Shown one piece after another: positions 1-8,919 of a stretch of 64,000 nt of DNA (positions are counted from its first letter, which is position 1; each line of letters begins with the position of its first letter). The stretch spans positions 8,724 to 72,723 of the forward strand of contig JBNAVN010000003.1 in the NCBI GenBank assembly GCA_049700315.1, written 5' to 3'. The notes beneath the pieces are model-generated. The model ran no database searches and was not told the origin of the DNA. It worked only from the letters and a program-made list of their open reading frames with translations. Made by a program: the position numbers and the translations under genes. This stretch comes from a bacterium. GTDB lineage: Bacteria; Hydrothermota; Tepidihabitantia; SM23-42; JAOAFX01.

Positions 1-7
1 ATAACTA

Positions 8-2308
8 ATGCGAAGAGTCCATTTGAGTGTCAGAGGCATTGTTCAGGGTGTTGGATTCAGGCCGTTTGTTTATCGTCTTGCCTACAAATTAAATCTTGCT
101 GGTTTTGTTTGCAATACATCATACGGAGTGGAAATAGAGATTGAAGGTGATCTAAAAAAAATAAAAGAATTTTTAAAAAGACTCTCCTTAGAGAAACCAG
201 GGGCATCAATAATTGAATTGATCACGGTTAAACAGGTACAACTCAGAAGAGAAAAAAGGTTTGTAATAAAACAAAGTAAACGTGCTGAGGGTTTCACTCA
301 GATTTCGCCGGACATTGCAACCTGCAAAGATTGTTTGAAGGAATTTTTTAACCCTAAAGACCGTAGATTTATGTTTCCTTTTATAAACTGCACAAATTGT
401 GGTCCAAGATATTCAATAATCTATAATACACCTTATGACCGCAAACAGACTTCAATGAAGGAATTCAAAATGTGCCCGGATTGCGAAAAAGAATTTGAAG
501 ATGTAAACAATCGCAGATTCCATGCCCAGCCCGATTGTTGTTTTGTCTGTGGCCCAGAGTTTTCATTGTACAGAATTGACGGAAAAAAGATTAAAACAAA
601 AGACCCGATTGGAGAAGCAATAAATTTGATTAAAAAGGGACACATCATTGCAATCAAAGGGATTGGTGGATTCCATATTGCCTGTGATGCAACCAATTGT
701 GCCACTGTAAATAAACTAAGGGTTTTGAAGAATCGTCCAACAAAACCATTTGCGATAATGGCGAATGAAAAAGATCTTGAGAAGATAGTGAAGATAACAT
801 TACAAGAAAAAAAGATGATAAAATCTCCAATCGCACCAATAGTGCTCCTTGAGAAAAAAAAGAGTGTGGTATGTGAGGAGGTCGCGCCCAATAACCCCTA
901 TCTTGGTGTGATGTTGCCATATGCGCCGGTCCATTATTTACTGCTTGAGAAAATTCCCTTTCTCGTTATGACAAGTGCAAATATCGCAGATGAACCACTT
1001 GTAAAAGATGATACAGAAATGAAAACAAAACTAAAAAAAATGGTTTCATTCTATCTTACACACAATCGCAAAATCATAAACAGGTGTGATGATTCTGTAG
1101 GATTTTATCTCAAAACCCGCGGATTTTCAATCATCCGTCGTTCAAGGGGCTATGTGCCGATGCCGATTGAACTACCATTTTCTGTAAAACCAACCCTTGC
1201 GACCGGACCTTATCTAAAAAACACTTTTACCCTTGCCAATAAAAAAGATGCCTATATTTCTCCTCATATTGGAGACCTTGATAACGCTGACACATTGAAT
1301 TTTTTTTATGAGATGGTTGAGAAATATAAAAGATGGTTCAAGATTGAACCAGAATTGATTGTGCACGATTTACATCCGGATTACCTTTCAACAAAAATTG
1401 CAAGTGAAATGGCAATGAAAAAGGGATTAAAAAAGATTGCTATCCAGCATCACATTGCCCATATCGTTTCCTGCCTTTGTGAGAACAAAATCTTTGAAAA
1501 GGCGATCGGCATTGCATTTGATGGAACTGGATATGGAATTGATGGAAATATCTGGGGAAGTGAATTCTTTATCGGTGATTTGAAGAATCAAAAAAGGGTT
1601 GCCCATTTAGAATATCTTCCATTGCCTGGTGGTGAAGAAAGTATTAAAAAACCTTATCGCATTGCCATCGCATATCTTTATAAGATCTTTGGCTTGGAGT
1701 TCATCCGTAAGGATTTTATAAAAACCTTATGCCTTAACTATCCCTTCAGGGAGATTGATACAATAATCAAAATGATAGACCAGCATTATAACCTTGCCTA
1801 TACATCAAGTATGGGAAGATTATTTGACTGTATTTCAGCAATGCTTGGCATAACTCAGGAAATCACCTATGAGGCAGAGGCAGCAATAAACCTTGAATAT
1901 GTAGCAAAAAAGGGCATAAAAGATTATTATTCATATGAAGTTTTAAGAAAATCAGGGGACAAAGTAGTCAGTTCTTACGATGATGATGAATATGTTGTCC
2001 ATATCCGCCCAATCCTTGAAGGCATCATAAATGATATTATAAAAGGAGTGAACAAAAATATAATTTCATCAAAATTCCATAATACCGTTGTTCAATTCTC
2101 ACTTGACATCGCAAGGAAACTGCGTAGAATTCATAGCGTGAACAAGGTTGTCTTATCCGGCGGAGTCTTTCAGAATAGATATTTGTTAAATCTGATGATT
2201 AAGCGATTTGAAAATAATGATTTTAAGGTCTTTACCCATCATAAACTTCCAACGAATGATGGTTGTATCTCTTATGGGCAGGTGATATGTGGGAACTTAA
2301 TAACTTAA
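8..2308 (+). CDS. hypF: [NiFe] hydrogenase maturation carbamoyltransferase HypF
   Basis: N-terminal acylphosphatase motif (VxGxVQGVGFRPFVYRLA). Two CxxC-x18-CxxC zinc fingers (CKDC...CTNCGP, CPDC...CFVCGP). YrdC-like and Kae1/YgjD-like C-terminal domains. 766 aa, typical HypF length. Confidence 0.9.
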   Translation: MRRVHLSVRGIVQGVGFRPFVYRLAYKLNLAGFVCNTSYGVEIEIEGDLKKIKEFLKRLSLEKPGASIIELITVKQVQLRREKRFVIKQSKRAEGFTQISPDIATCKDCLKEFFNPKDRRFMFPFINCTNCGPRYSIIYNTPYDRKQTSMKEFKMCPDCEKEFEDVNNRRFHAQPDCCFVCGPEFSLYRIDGKKIKTKDPIGEAINLIKKGHIIAIKGIGGFHIACDATNCATVNKLRVLKNRPTKPFAIMANEKDLEKIVKITLQEKKMIKSPIAPIVLLEKKKSVVCEEVAPNNPYLGVMLPYAPVHYLLLEKIPFLVMTSANIADEPLVKDDTEMKTKLKKMVSFYLTHNRKIINRCDDSVGFYLKTRGFSIIRRSRGYVPMPIELPFSVKPTLATGPYLKNTFTLANKKDAYISPHIGDLDNADTLNFFYEMVEKYKRWFKIEPELIVHDLHPDYLSTKIASEMAMKKGLKKIAIQHHIAHIVSCLCENKIFEKAIGIAFDGTGYGIDGNIWGSEFFIGDLKNQKRVAHLEYLPLPGGEESIKKPYRIAIAYLYKIFGLEFIRKDFIKTLCLNYPFREIDTIIKMIDQHYNLAYTSSMGRLFDCISAMLGITQEITYEAEAAINLEYVAKKGIKDYYSYEVLRKSGDKVVSSYDDDEYVVHIRPILEGIINDIIKGVNKNIISSKFHNTVVQFSLDIARKLRRIHSVNKVVLSGGVFQNRYLLNLMIKRFENNDFKVFTHHKLPTNDGCISYGQVICGNLIT

Positions 2309-2363
2309 TAAGTAGGAAGTGGGAAGTGAGAGGCGAGAAGTGGGAAGTGGAAAGTGAGGAGAT
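2309..2363. repeat. Purine-rich spacer with about 5 tandem GAAGTG-containing heptamers between hypF and hypC
   Basis: Sequence gtaGGAAGTGgGAAGTGagaggcgaGAAGTGgGAAGTGgaaAGTGaggag read directly. Ends in GAGGAG, a Shine-Dalgarno for hypC. Confidence 0.5.
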
Positions 2364-2585
2364 ATGTGTTTAGCAGTGGTTGGTAGGATAGAAAAGATTG
2401 ATGGAGATATGGCAATTGCCGAGATTATGGGTGTGCAAAAAGAGATTTCAATCGTGCTCACACCTGAAGTAAAAATTGGTGATTATGTAATGATCCATGC
2501 AGGTTTTGCAATAAACCCCATAGACGAAAAAGAAGCAAAAGAGACCGAAAAACTTTTAAGAGAAGTTGCAAAGTATTCATTCTAA
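2364..2585 (+). CDS. hypC: Hydrogenase assembly chaperone HypC/HupF
   Basis: Starts MCLAV (conserved N-terminal Cys2 of the HypC family). About 73 aa. Immediately downstream of hypF. Confidence 0.8.
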   Translation: MCLAVVGRIEKIDGDMAIAEIMGVQKEISIVLTPEVKIGDYVMIHAGFAINPIDEKEAKETEKLLREVAKYSF

Positions 2586-2604
2586 AAAGATAAAATCTCA
2601 CTTT

Positions 2605-2796
2605 CTAATCAATTTTCCAGACAGGCCTATCGTCCTTCTTTATTTTCTTTGCTATCTCCTGTAATTTTACAAGTATCTTTATTTTTTCCTCAAAGGAAAT
2701 TCGGGCTTGTTCTTTGTGAAAATGCGATTTCTTTTCAAAAAGTTCTCTTCTTGTTATTATTTTACTCTCGTCTATGACTATTTTTACCTCTTCCAT
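2605..2796 (-). CDS. Hypothetical 63-aa protein, in frame with the upstream nucleotidyltransferase ORF; possible C-terminal piece of a disrupted or recoded gene
   Basis: Its ATG lies one codon after the TAG stop of ORF 2800..3303 in the same frame (minus strand reads TAG ATT ATG). Lys/Glu-rich helical sequence. Confidence 0.35.
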   Translation of the reverse strand: MEEVKIVIDESKIITRRELFEKKSHFHKEQARISFEEKIKILVKLQEIAKKIKKDDRPVWKID

Positions 2797-2799
2797 AAT

Positions 2800-3303
2800 C
2801 TAATCCATTTTTAAAAGTTCCAAAAATTTTTCTCTCAAGCCAAATTTATTCAAAATTTCATCAAGCCTTGTTTTGTCAATATCTGTCTGTGTAAGCAATT
2901 TTTCAATCTTTTCCAAATCTTTTTTCCTTCCTGCCCTTAAAAATATTGCTATAAGATATTCAGGATTAACTATTCTAATTTTTATTCCTTCATATTCTAC
3001 TTCTTTAGCATTTTCAACTGCCTCTTTTTCCAGTTCATCTGCAGGAATAAATTGGACTGGAACACCATCAATAATAATATGCTCGCCTTTCCAGGAATAT
3101 CCCTGAGATTTAAGATAATCAAAGATAGGGGTAAGTATTATTAAATTTTTTTCTTTTTCACTCATTGAAATTACAAATATATCTAAGTCATATGTTAAAA
3201 AGGGTTCAACATAAAATAATGCGGCGATACCACCACCTATAGCATAATCAATAATTATTCCCTTATCCTTTAATTCATTGATAACCTTCAGTGTCTCTTT
3301 CAT
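2800..3303 (-). CDS. Minimal nucleotidyltransferase (Pol beta superfamily fold)
   Basis: hG[GS]-x(9-15)-DhDh signature in IIIDYAIGGGIAALFYVEPFLTYDLDIFV. 167 aa. Confidence 0.5.
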   Translation of the reverse strand: MKETLKVINELKDKGIIIDYAIGGGIAALFYVEPFLTYDLDIFVISMSEKEKNLIILTPIFDYLKSQGYSWKGEHIIIDGVPVQFIPADELEKEAVENAKEVEYEGIKIRIVNPEYLIAIFLRAGRKKDLEKIEKLLTQTDIDKTRLDEILNKFGLREKFLELLKMD

Positions 3304-3339
3304 TCAATCTTTTTCTATCCGGTATTGTTTTTCACAAAA

Positions 3340-5271
3340 CTATCTTTCCCTCTTTGCCCACCAATTTTTTTCACCAAGTCCTTCAGTATAACATTTTCCT
3401 TCAATCCGTTCCCAGTCATCAAAAAGTTTACCTTTCAGGATAACTCTTTTCTTCTTCGTCGTCCAATAAAACACATTACGCTCCTTACAATTGACAGCAC
3501 CGTCTGCAAGAAAATCATCTTTTATCAAGAGCGCTGGAATTTCACCATTATAGGTAAGTTCTGCTGTTGGTTGATGCTGAAATTTCACTGTGAGTTGACC
3601 ATTCTTTTCTTTAATTGTCATTTTGAACGAGGCATTGTATGTAATACCATCTTCACCAATCTTGCCGATCCACGTACCAAGAGGGTTTTTCAAAACAATC
3701 ATTCCCAGATCAAGGGTCTCATGCTCACTCAAAGCAATATTGCGGGTGTAAACCTGGTATCCAGGAAAGACAATTTCAACTTTGTGTGGTGTTAAAAGAA
3801 TATTTCCTGAGACGTAGGGGGTCTTACCAACAAGCTCTCCATCAAGATAGACATTTGCACTTTCAGGTTCAGAATTAACCTGAAATACACCGTAAAGTGG
3901 AACAAGGCTTGCCCTGACCACAGCATTTCTACCAAACCCAATATTCACTCTTGTCTGCCATCTTTCGTACCCTGCTTTTTCAATCACAATCGTGTGCGAA
4001 CCCATAAACATTTTTGAAGATTCAAAAACACCTGCTTTCTTAGATTGAGTATCCAATTTTTTTCCATCAATGGAGACCAAGACATCGGTAGCAGGTTCAA
4101 CATAAATAACTATTTTGTTACGCACCAATGTCCATATCAGCAAAATGAAAATGACTATTGCAACCGCACCGATTGAAATGGATATTGTTTTCCTTATGAA
4201 ATTTTTGGTTGAGACCTCCACTTCTATTCTGGTTTTTTCTAACATTTCCTTATACTCAATTGCATCATGATCATACTCAACAGCCTTTTCAAAAAACAGA
4301 ACAGCATTTTTAGATTTTTTCTCTTTAAGATGTTTATCACCAATTTTATAGAAAATTGAAGCCAGTTTTCGCCGTGTCTCTTCATCAAAGCTTGTCACCT
4401 GCGATACTGGTATTCTGTTGATATAATATTCAGCACCTGATAGATCACCATTATCAAATTTCGCCAATGTCAAATAGCAGTTTATCGCACTCATCATTTC
4501 CTCCGAAATATTCTCTTTCACAAGCAAACTATTCAGAAATTCATCTGCCTTATCATATTCGCCATTATCATAATAGTACTTTCCAATCATAAAGCCCAAC
4601 TGAATATCATCAATTTTCATTTCCTCCATCTTCCTGTAATACTTTATCAATCTTTCCATATCATTCTGATCTGTGAAATATTGAACAATTTCTTTGATAA
4701 CCTCCACATTATCAGGAATTAGCGACTCCAGTTTCTGAAGTTCATGAAATGTCTTTTCTTTATCACCTTTTTGCTTGTACAGATTTTTCATTAACATATG
4801 GAACTCAACACTATCAGGTTTGATCTTAAGTATTTTTTCGCCGAGTGCTAGTGCTTCAATGATTTTATTTTGAAGATAATATACCCGGAAAAGTCCAATA
4901 AGTGGCTCCTCCGAATTAGGAGCAATATGTAAAGCAGAACGAAATGACTTTTCTGCATCATTGAGTTCATGGTTTTTGAGGTAAATCAAAGCAGATTTGT
5001 TGTGGGCATCAAAATTATTCGGGTCAATCCCTATTGCTATCTTATATTCATCAAGTGCTTCAAGTAGAAGACCATTTTTTTGATAAAGACCACCAAGTTC
5101 AATGCGGAGTTTTACATCCTTTGGGTCAGATTCAATTTTTTTTCGCAGAAGATTAATATGAGCAGAGGTTTCAGTCCTAAGGGTTATCAGAAATGTTCCA
5201 CATGCGCTACACATCTTGTATTTTTCCTTAATTGGTTTACCACAATGCGGACAATTATCCATAGTTACCAT
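3340..5271 (-). CDS. Zinc-ribbon, TPR-repeat and PEGA-domain membrane protein
   Basis: N-terminal CPHCG...CSACG zinc ribbon. Multiple TPR-like repeats. One TM helix (AVAIVIFILLIWTLV). Two C-terminal PEGA-like motifs (VNSEPESANVYLDGELVGKTP). Confidence 0.6.
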   Translation of the reverse strand: MVTMDNCPHCGKPIKEKYKMCSACGTFLITLRTETSAHINLLRKKIESDPKDVKLRIELGGLYQKNGLLLEALDEYKIAIGIDPNNFDAHNKSALIYLKNHELNDAEKSFRSALHIAPNSEEPLIGLFRVYYLQNKIIEALALGEKILKIKPDSVEFHMLMKNLYKQKGDKEKTFHELQKLESLIPDNVEVIKEIVQYFTDQNDMERLIKYYRKMEEMKIDDIQLGFMIGKYYYDNGEYDKADEFLNSLLVKENISEEMMSAINCYLTLAKFDNGDLSGAEYYINRIPVSQVTSFDEETRRKLASIFYKIGDKHLKEKKSKNAVLFFEKAVEYDHDAIEYKEMLEKTRIEVEVSTKNFIRKTISISIGAVAIVIFILLIWTLVRNKIVIYVEPATDVLVSIDGKKLDTQSKKAGVFESSKMFMGSHTIVIEKAGYERWQTRVNIGFGRNAVVRASLVPLYGVFQVNSEPESANVYLDGELVGKTPYVSGNILLTPHKVEIVFPGYQVYTRNIALSEHETLDLGMIVLKNPLGTWIGKIGEDGITYNASFKMTIKEKNGQLTVKFQHQPTAELTYNGEIPALLIKDDFLADGAVNCKERNVFYWTTKKKRVILKGKLFDDWERIEGKCYTEGLGEKNWWAKRER

Positions 5272-5376
5272 CCTTTTTTGAACTGACCATAATACATTGT
5301 AATTATATTGGTCATTAAGTGAATGTCAATAGCAATGATGGATTGACATTGCTATAAAAAGTACTATAATAAATTG

Positions 5377-5742
5377 ATGCTTCAGCAATTAAATGAATTT
5401 AAATATAATGCAGAGACCGGAAAGAGTTATATTGTATATTTTTTGAAATTCTGGCAGGACAGGAATGATTATATTGTAAAATATCAAATAAGGAGTGAAG
5501 AAAAAGATTTGTTCTGGTTTGGAAGAATTTCAAAAGAACGGGCTTTGATAGATCTGAAAATCACACCTGAAGAAATCAAATCAATTCCTGAGGAAGAAAT
5601 GGCTAAGAAAATAAAAGAACATTTGATGAAGTTGTTTACAGCGGTTATTAAAAAGGGGCTTGATAAGGGATTTGAAGAACCAGACACAGAATTTGTATTT
5701 TATAAAGAACCATTTGTGACAAAAAGAGTCTGGAATGGATGA
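5377..5742 (+). CDS. Hypothetical protein
   Basis: ORF with ATG at 5377, 6 nt after a TATAAT that is preceded by TTGACA at 16 nt spacing. No recognisable domain. Confidence 0.4.
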   Translation: MLQQLNEFKYNAETGKSYIVYFLKFWQDRNDYIVKYQIRSEEKDLFWFGRISKERALIDLKITPEEIKSIPEEEMAKKIKEHLMKLFTAVIKKGLDKGFEEPDTEFVFYKEPFVTKRVWNG

Positions 5743-5759
5743 TGTCTAAGCAAAAAAGC

Positions 5760-6190
5760 AGGGGTTAATTTTCTGACACAACTTTTTATGGCAGATTTGC
5801 GCTTCGTGTTTCGGATTTGAACCGTCAGACAAAACCGTAAAAACGAAAAACGATCTTCAAAGAAGGGTGAAGAAGGGGAAATAAGGGTGAAAAGGGGTGA
5901 AAAGGGGGAATTTTCAATTGGATTTCGGACTGCGAATCGGGTGGTACGCTCTGCTGGGCAAAATGCACTGCGTGCTGTGACAAAACGCTAACGCTGTACT
6001 AAACGCTTCGCTGTAACTGAACGCACTTCGTGCTGGGACTGAAGAGGAACCAATCGTCCATCTAATCCGCCACACTGCATGGCGGATGGACGCTGCAAAA
6101 TCTTTTGAATTTCTCTGTCAGACGAAACCGTAGGCATTTATTTGCAAGGCCAAAGCCTTGCCCTACGATTTCTCCATGAAATTTGTAGGT
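5760..6190. other. ORF-free, GC-richer segment with internal repeats; candidate ncRNA or regulatory region of unknown nature
   Basis: No ORF of 60 aa or more on either strand. By eye, base composition departs from the flanking AT-rich DNA. Direct repeat GTCAGACRAAACCGTA at 5824 and 6118. Purine decamer repeats at 5865-5910. AACGCT/CTTCGTGCTG-type repeats at 5964-6036. Strong hairpin ATCCGCCAcactgcaTGGCGGAT at 6065-6087. Confidence 0.3.
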
Positions 6191-6239
6191 GCGGTGATAA
6201 TAATCCTTGCATTATCAAAAATGTCAGATATAATATCCC

Positions 6240-8678
6240 GTGAAGAAGTTTTTACTACTTGATGCACATTCTTTGATATTCCGTGCCTATTTTGCATTTA
6301 TCAAAAATCCACTCAGGAATTCCAAAGGGCAGAACACCTCAGGAATTTATGGCTTTTTGAATTCAATAAGAAAAATAAAAACAAAATTTGCAAGTGATTA
6401 TATAGTTCTTGCATTTGATGCCCCTGACGAAACCTTCAGAGACAGATTATTCAAAGAATACAAGGCAACCCGTCCAGCCCCACCAAGGGATATCCCATTT
6501 CAGATTGAAAAGGCAAAAGAGATCAGCAAGTTTTTAGGCATGGTAGACTTTGAAATTCCCGGTTTTGAAGCAGATGACATACTTGCAACCCTGACGAAAA
6601 AATTAAAAGATAATGGTGAGGTCTATATCGTGAGTTCTGACAAAGACCTTATGCAACTTATCTCTCAAAATGTCTTTGTTTATGATGCAGTCAATGACAT
6701 AATCTATGATGCAGAAAAGGTGAGAGAAAAATTTGGTGTCCTGCCTGATAGAATTGGAGATTATCTCGCACTCTGCGGTGATTCAATTGACAATGTTCCC
6801 GGTGTTCCTGGCATCGGTCCCCATAGAGCAATAGAAATCCTGAAAAAATATCCGGACCTTAATCAGGCACTGGAAAAAGAACCAAAACTTGCTGAGCACC
6901 GTGAGACCCTGATGTTATCAAGAAAACTCGTGGCACTGGAAACAGATATTCCAATTGAAATAAATCCTGAAGCATTGAAGGCAAAAACCCCGGATGTCAA
7001 AGGTATTTTTGAAATTCTGTCCGAACTTGAATTCCATTCTTTGATAAAAGAATTTGCTGAAAGATATAATACCGAAAGTATAATCAGAAAAACAGATATC
7101 TCAAAGGCAGAAATAAAAAAGTATGCAGGAATCCATGTTGACGAAGACAATTTCTTTGTGAGTTTCAATGAAAATGAAGTCTATGTCGCATCTATAGAAG
7201 ATTCATTCAATATTATTTCCAGACCAGATATAACAAAGATTGGCTACGACCTGAAACAGGTGATAAAAACTGGACATTTGATATCACCTTTATTTGATGT
7301 GAAGATTGCGGTCTGGCTTATTGACCCGAACATAAAGAATAATGAATTTGAAGATATCTGTTTGAAGTATTTGAATTGTTATTGTGCGCCAACACCCGAA
7401 GCAATTTCCACACTTTCTCTAAAGCTCTATCCTATTTTGCAAAAAAAACTTGAGGAACTTAATGAAGTTGATCTCTACCGAGAAATTGAAGAACCCCTCA
7501 TATTTGTCCTTGCGCAAATGGAGAAAAGAGGCATAGGCATTGATGTTAACTACTTGAAAGAATTGAAGAAGCATATTGAAAGGGATATTACGACACTGGC
7601 TGACGAGTGCTACAGGATTGCCGGCAGTGTATTCAATATCAATTCACCAAAGCAACTCGCTCATATTCTGTTTGAAAAACTCAGACTGACACCATTGAAA
7701 AAAGGGAAATCCCACTATTCAACAGATTTTGAAGTGCTCCAGCAATTGAGTTTGAAACATGAATTACCAAAAAAAATCCTTGAATATCGGGAACTGGCAA
7801 AAGTTTCAAGCACCTACATTGACCCTTTGATTGGATTTGCAAGAAACAACAGGATACATACAACCTTCAACCAGACCGGCACGGCTACAGGCAGATTATC
7901 TTCAAACAATCCCAATATCCAGAACATCCCCATCCGCAGTCGCCTGGGTAATGAACTGCGAAAGGCATTTGTAGCACAGAAAGGATTCATGCTTGTTTCA
8001 GCTGATTATTCCCAGATTGAATTGAGAATACTTGCCCATGTCTCAAAAGACAGAAATCTTATTGAAGCATTCAAATCCAGTCGTGATATCCACAATCACA
8101 CTGCCTCATTGATATTTGCTCTTAGCGAAGATGAAGTTGATGACGAAAAAAGGCGCATCGCCAAAGTTGTTAACTATGGGTTAATATATGGAATGAGTGA
8201 CTATGGACTTGCTCAGGAACTCGGAATTTCCGTTGAACAAGCAGGGCAATTCATACAGTCCTATTACGGTTTGTATCCTGAAGTTGATAAATGGCGGCTA
8301 TCAGCAATATCAAGTGTTGAGCAAAAAGGTTATACAGAGACACTCTTCAGCAGAAAAAGACCTATCCCTGAAATAAATTCTGAAAATTATAATCTCAGAG
8401 AATTTGCAAAAAGACTGGCAATCAATACACCAATCCAGGGGACCGCTGCGGATTTGATTAAGATGGCAATGATTGAGGTTGAAAAGAGATTAAACCAGGC
8501 ACATTTCAAAAGTGGACTTCTATTATCAATCCACGATGAGTTGTTGTTTGAAATAGAAGAAGAAAGAACTGATGAAGCAAGAGAAATCATAAAGAAGACA
8601 ATGGAAAATGTCTGTGAGTTCAATGTGCCGATTGTAGTAAATATTAATATCGGAAAAAACTGGGCAGAAGCCCATTGA
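6240..8678 (+). CDS. polA: DNA polymerase I
   Basis: N-terminal 5-prime nuclease domain (LLLDAHSLIFRAYFAF). C-terminal family A polymerase motifs (RRIAKVVNYGLIYG, DYSQIELR). 812 aa. GTG start 5 nt after a TATAAT. Confidence 0.9.
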   Translation: MKKFLLLDAHSLIFRAYFAFIKNPLRNSKGQNTSGIYGFLNSIRKIKTKFASDYIVLAFDAPDETFRDRLFKEYKATRPAPPRDIPFQIEKAKEISKFLGMVDFEIPGFEADDILATLTKKLKDNGEVYIVSSDKDLMQLISQNVFVYDAVNDIIYDAEKVREKFGVLPDRIGDYLALCGDSIDNVPGVPGIGPHRAIEILKKYPDLNQALEKEPKLAEHRETLMLSRKLVALETDIPIEINPEALKAKTPDVKGIFEILSELEFHSLIKEFAERYNTESIIRKTDISKAEIKKYAGIHVDEDNFFVSFNENEVYVASIEDSFNIISRPDITKIGYDLKQVIKTGHLISPLFDVKIAVWLIDPNIKNNEFEDICLKYLNCYCAPTPEAISTLSLKLYPILQKKLEELNEVDLYREIEEPLIFVLAQMEKRGIGIDVNYLKELKKHIERDITTLADECYRIAGSVFNINSPKQLAHILFEKLRLTPLKKGKSHYSTDFEVLQQLSLKHELPKKILEYRELAKVSSTYIDPLIGFARNNRIHTTFNQTGTATGRLSSNNPNIQNIPIRSRLGNELRKAFVAQKGFMLVSADYSQIELRILAHVSKDRNLIEAFKSSRDIHNHTASLIFALSEDEVDDEKRRIAKVVNYGLIYGMSDYGLAQELGISVEQAGQFIQSYYGLYPEVDKWRLSAISSVEQKGYTETLFSRKRPIPEINSENYNLREFAKRLAINTPIQGTAADLIKMAMIEVEKRLNQAHFKSGLLLSIHDELLFEIEEERTDEAREIIKKTMENVCEFNVPIVVNINIGKNWAEAH

Positions 8679-8721
8679 TTATCGCCCATTGATTCTTTGT
8701 CTATTTTGGATATAATAATTT

Positions 8722-8919
8722 GTGATCACCAGAGAAACGAAGGTTGAGAATATTCTCAGAGAATTTCCCGAGAAGATACCTATCTTTGTACAAATGGGTC
8801 TACCCTGCTTTGTCTGCGGTGAACGGTTCTGGGGCACAATTGAAGAATTGTGTCAGAGATATGATATTGAACCAGAAACATTATCAAAAGAATTGAACAG
8901 AATCAATAAAGGGGTGTGA
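8722..8919 (+). CDS. DUF1858-type small redox/disulfide domain protein (hybrid-cluster-protein-associated domain family)
   Basis: 65 aa with GLPCFVCG...ETLEELC core typical of DUF1858. GTG start 5 nt after a TATAAT. Confidence 0.5.
   Translation: MITRETKVENILREFPEKIPIFVQMGLPCFVCGERFWGTIEELCQRYDIEPETLSKELNRINKGV

Noticed and set aside
82-920. Antisense ORFs inside hypF (82..297, 433..891, 654..920 minus)
   Set aside because: Embedded opposite a well-supported HypF CDS, low-complexity Phe/Ser-rich translations, no start signals. Typical shadow ORFs.
3325-3795. ORF 3325..3795 (+), 156 aa
   Set aside because: Antisense to the C-terminal PEGA region of the 643-aa protein; Phe/Cys-rich nonsense-like translation.
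5760-6190. RNase P RNA or tmRNA in the ORF-free region (TAAGGGTGAAAAGGGGTG resembles the RNase P AGGGUGAAANGGUG motif; GGATTTGAACC resembles a T-loop on the minus strand; a GCTAACGCT…TAA tag-like frame)
   Set aside because: The RNase P resemblance stops before the obligatory GGUAAGAGCGCACC. No GAAAGUCCGG P4 sequence on either strand. The T-loop-like element has only a 3-bp stem and is on the opposite strand from the tag-like frame. No CCA-adjacent acceptor stem found.
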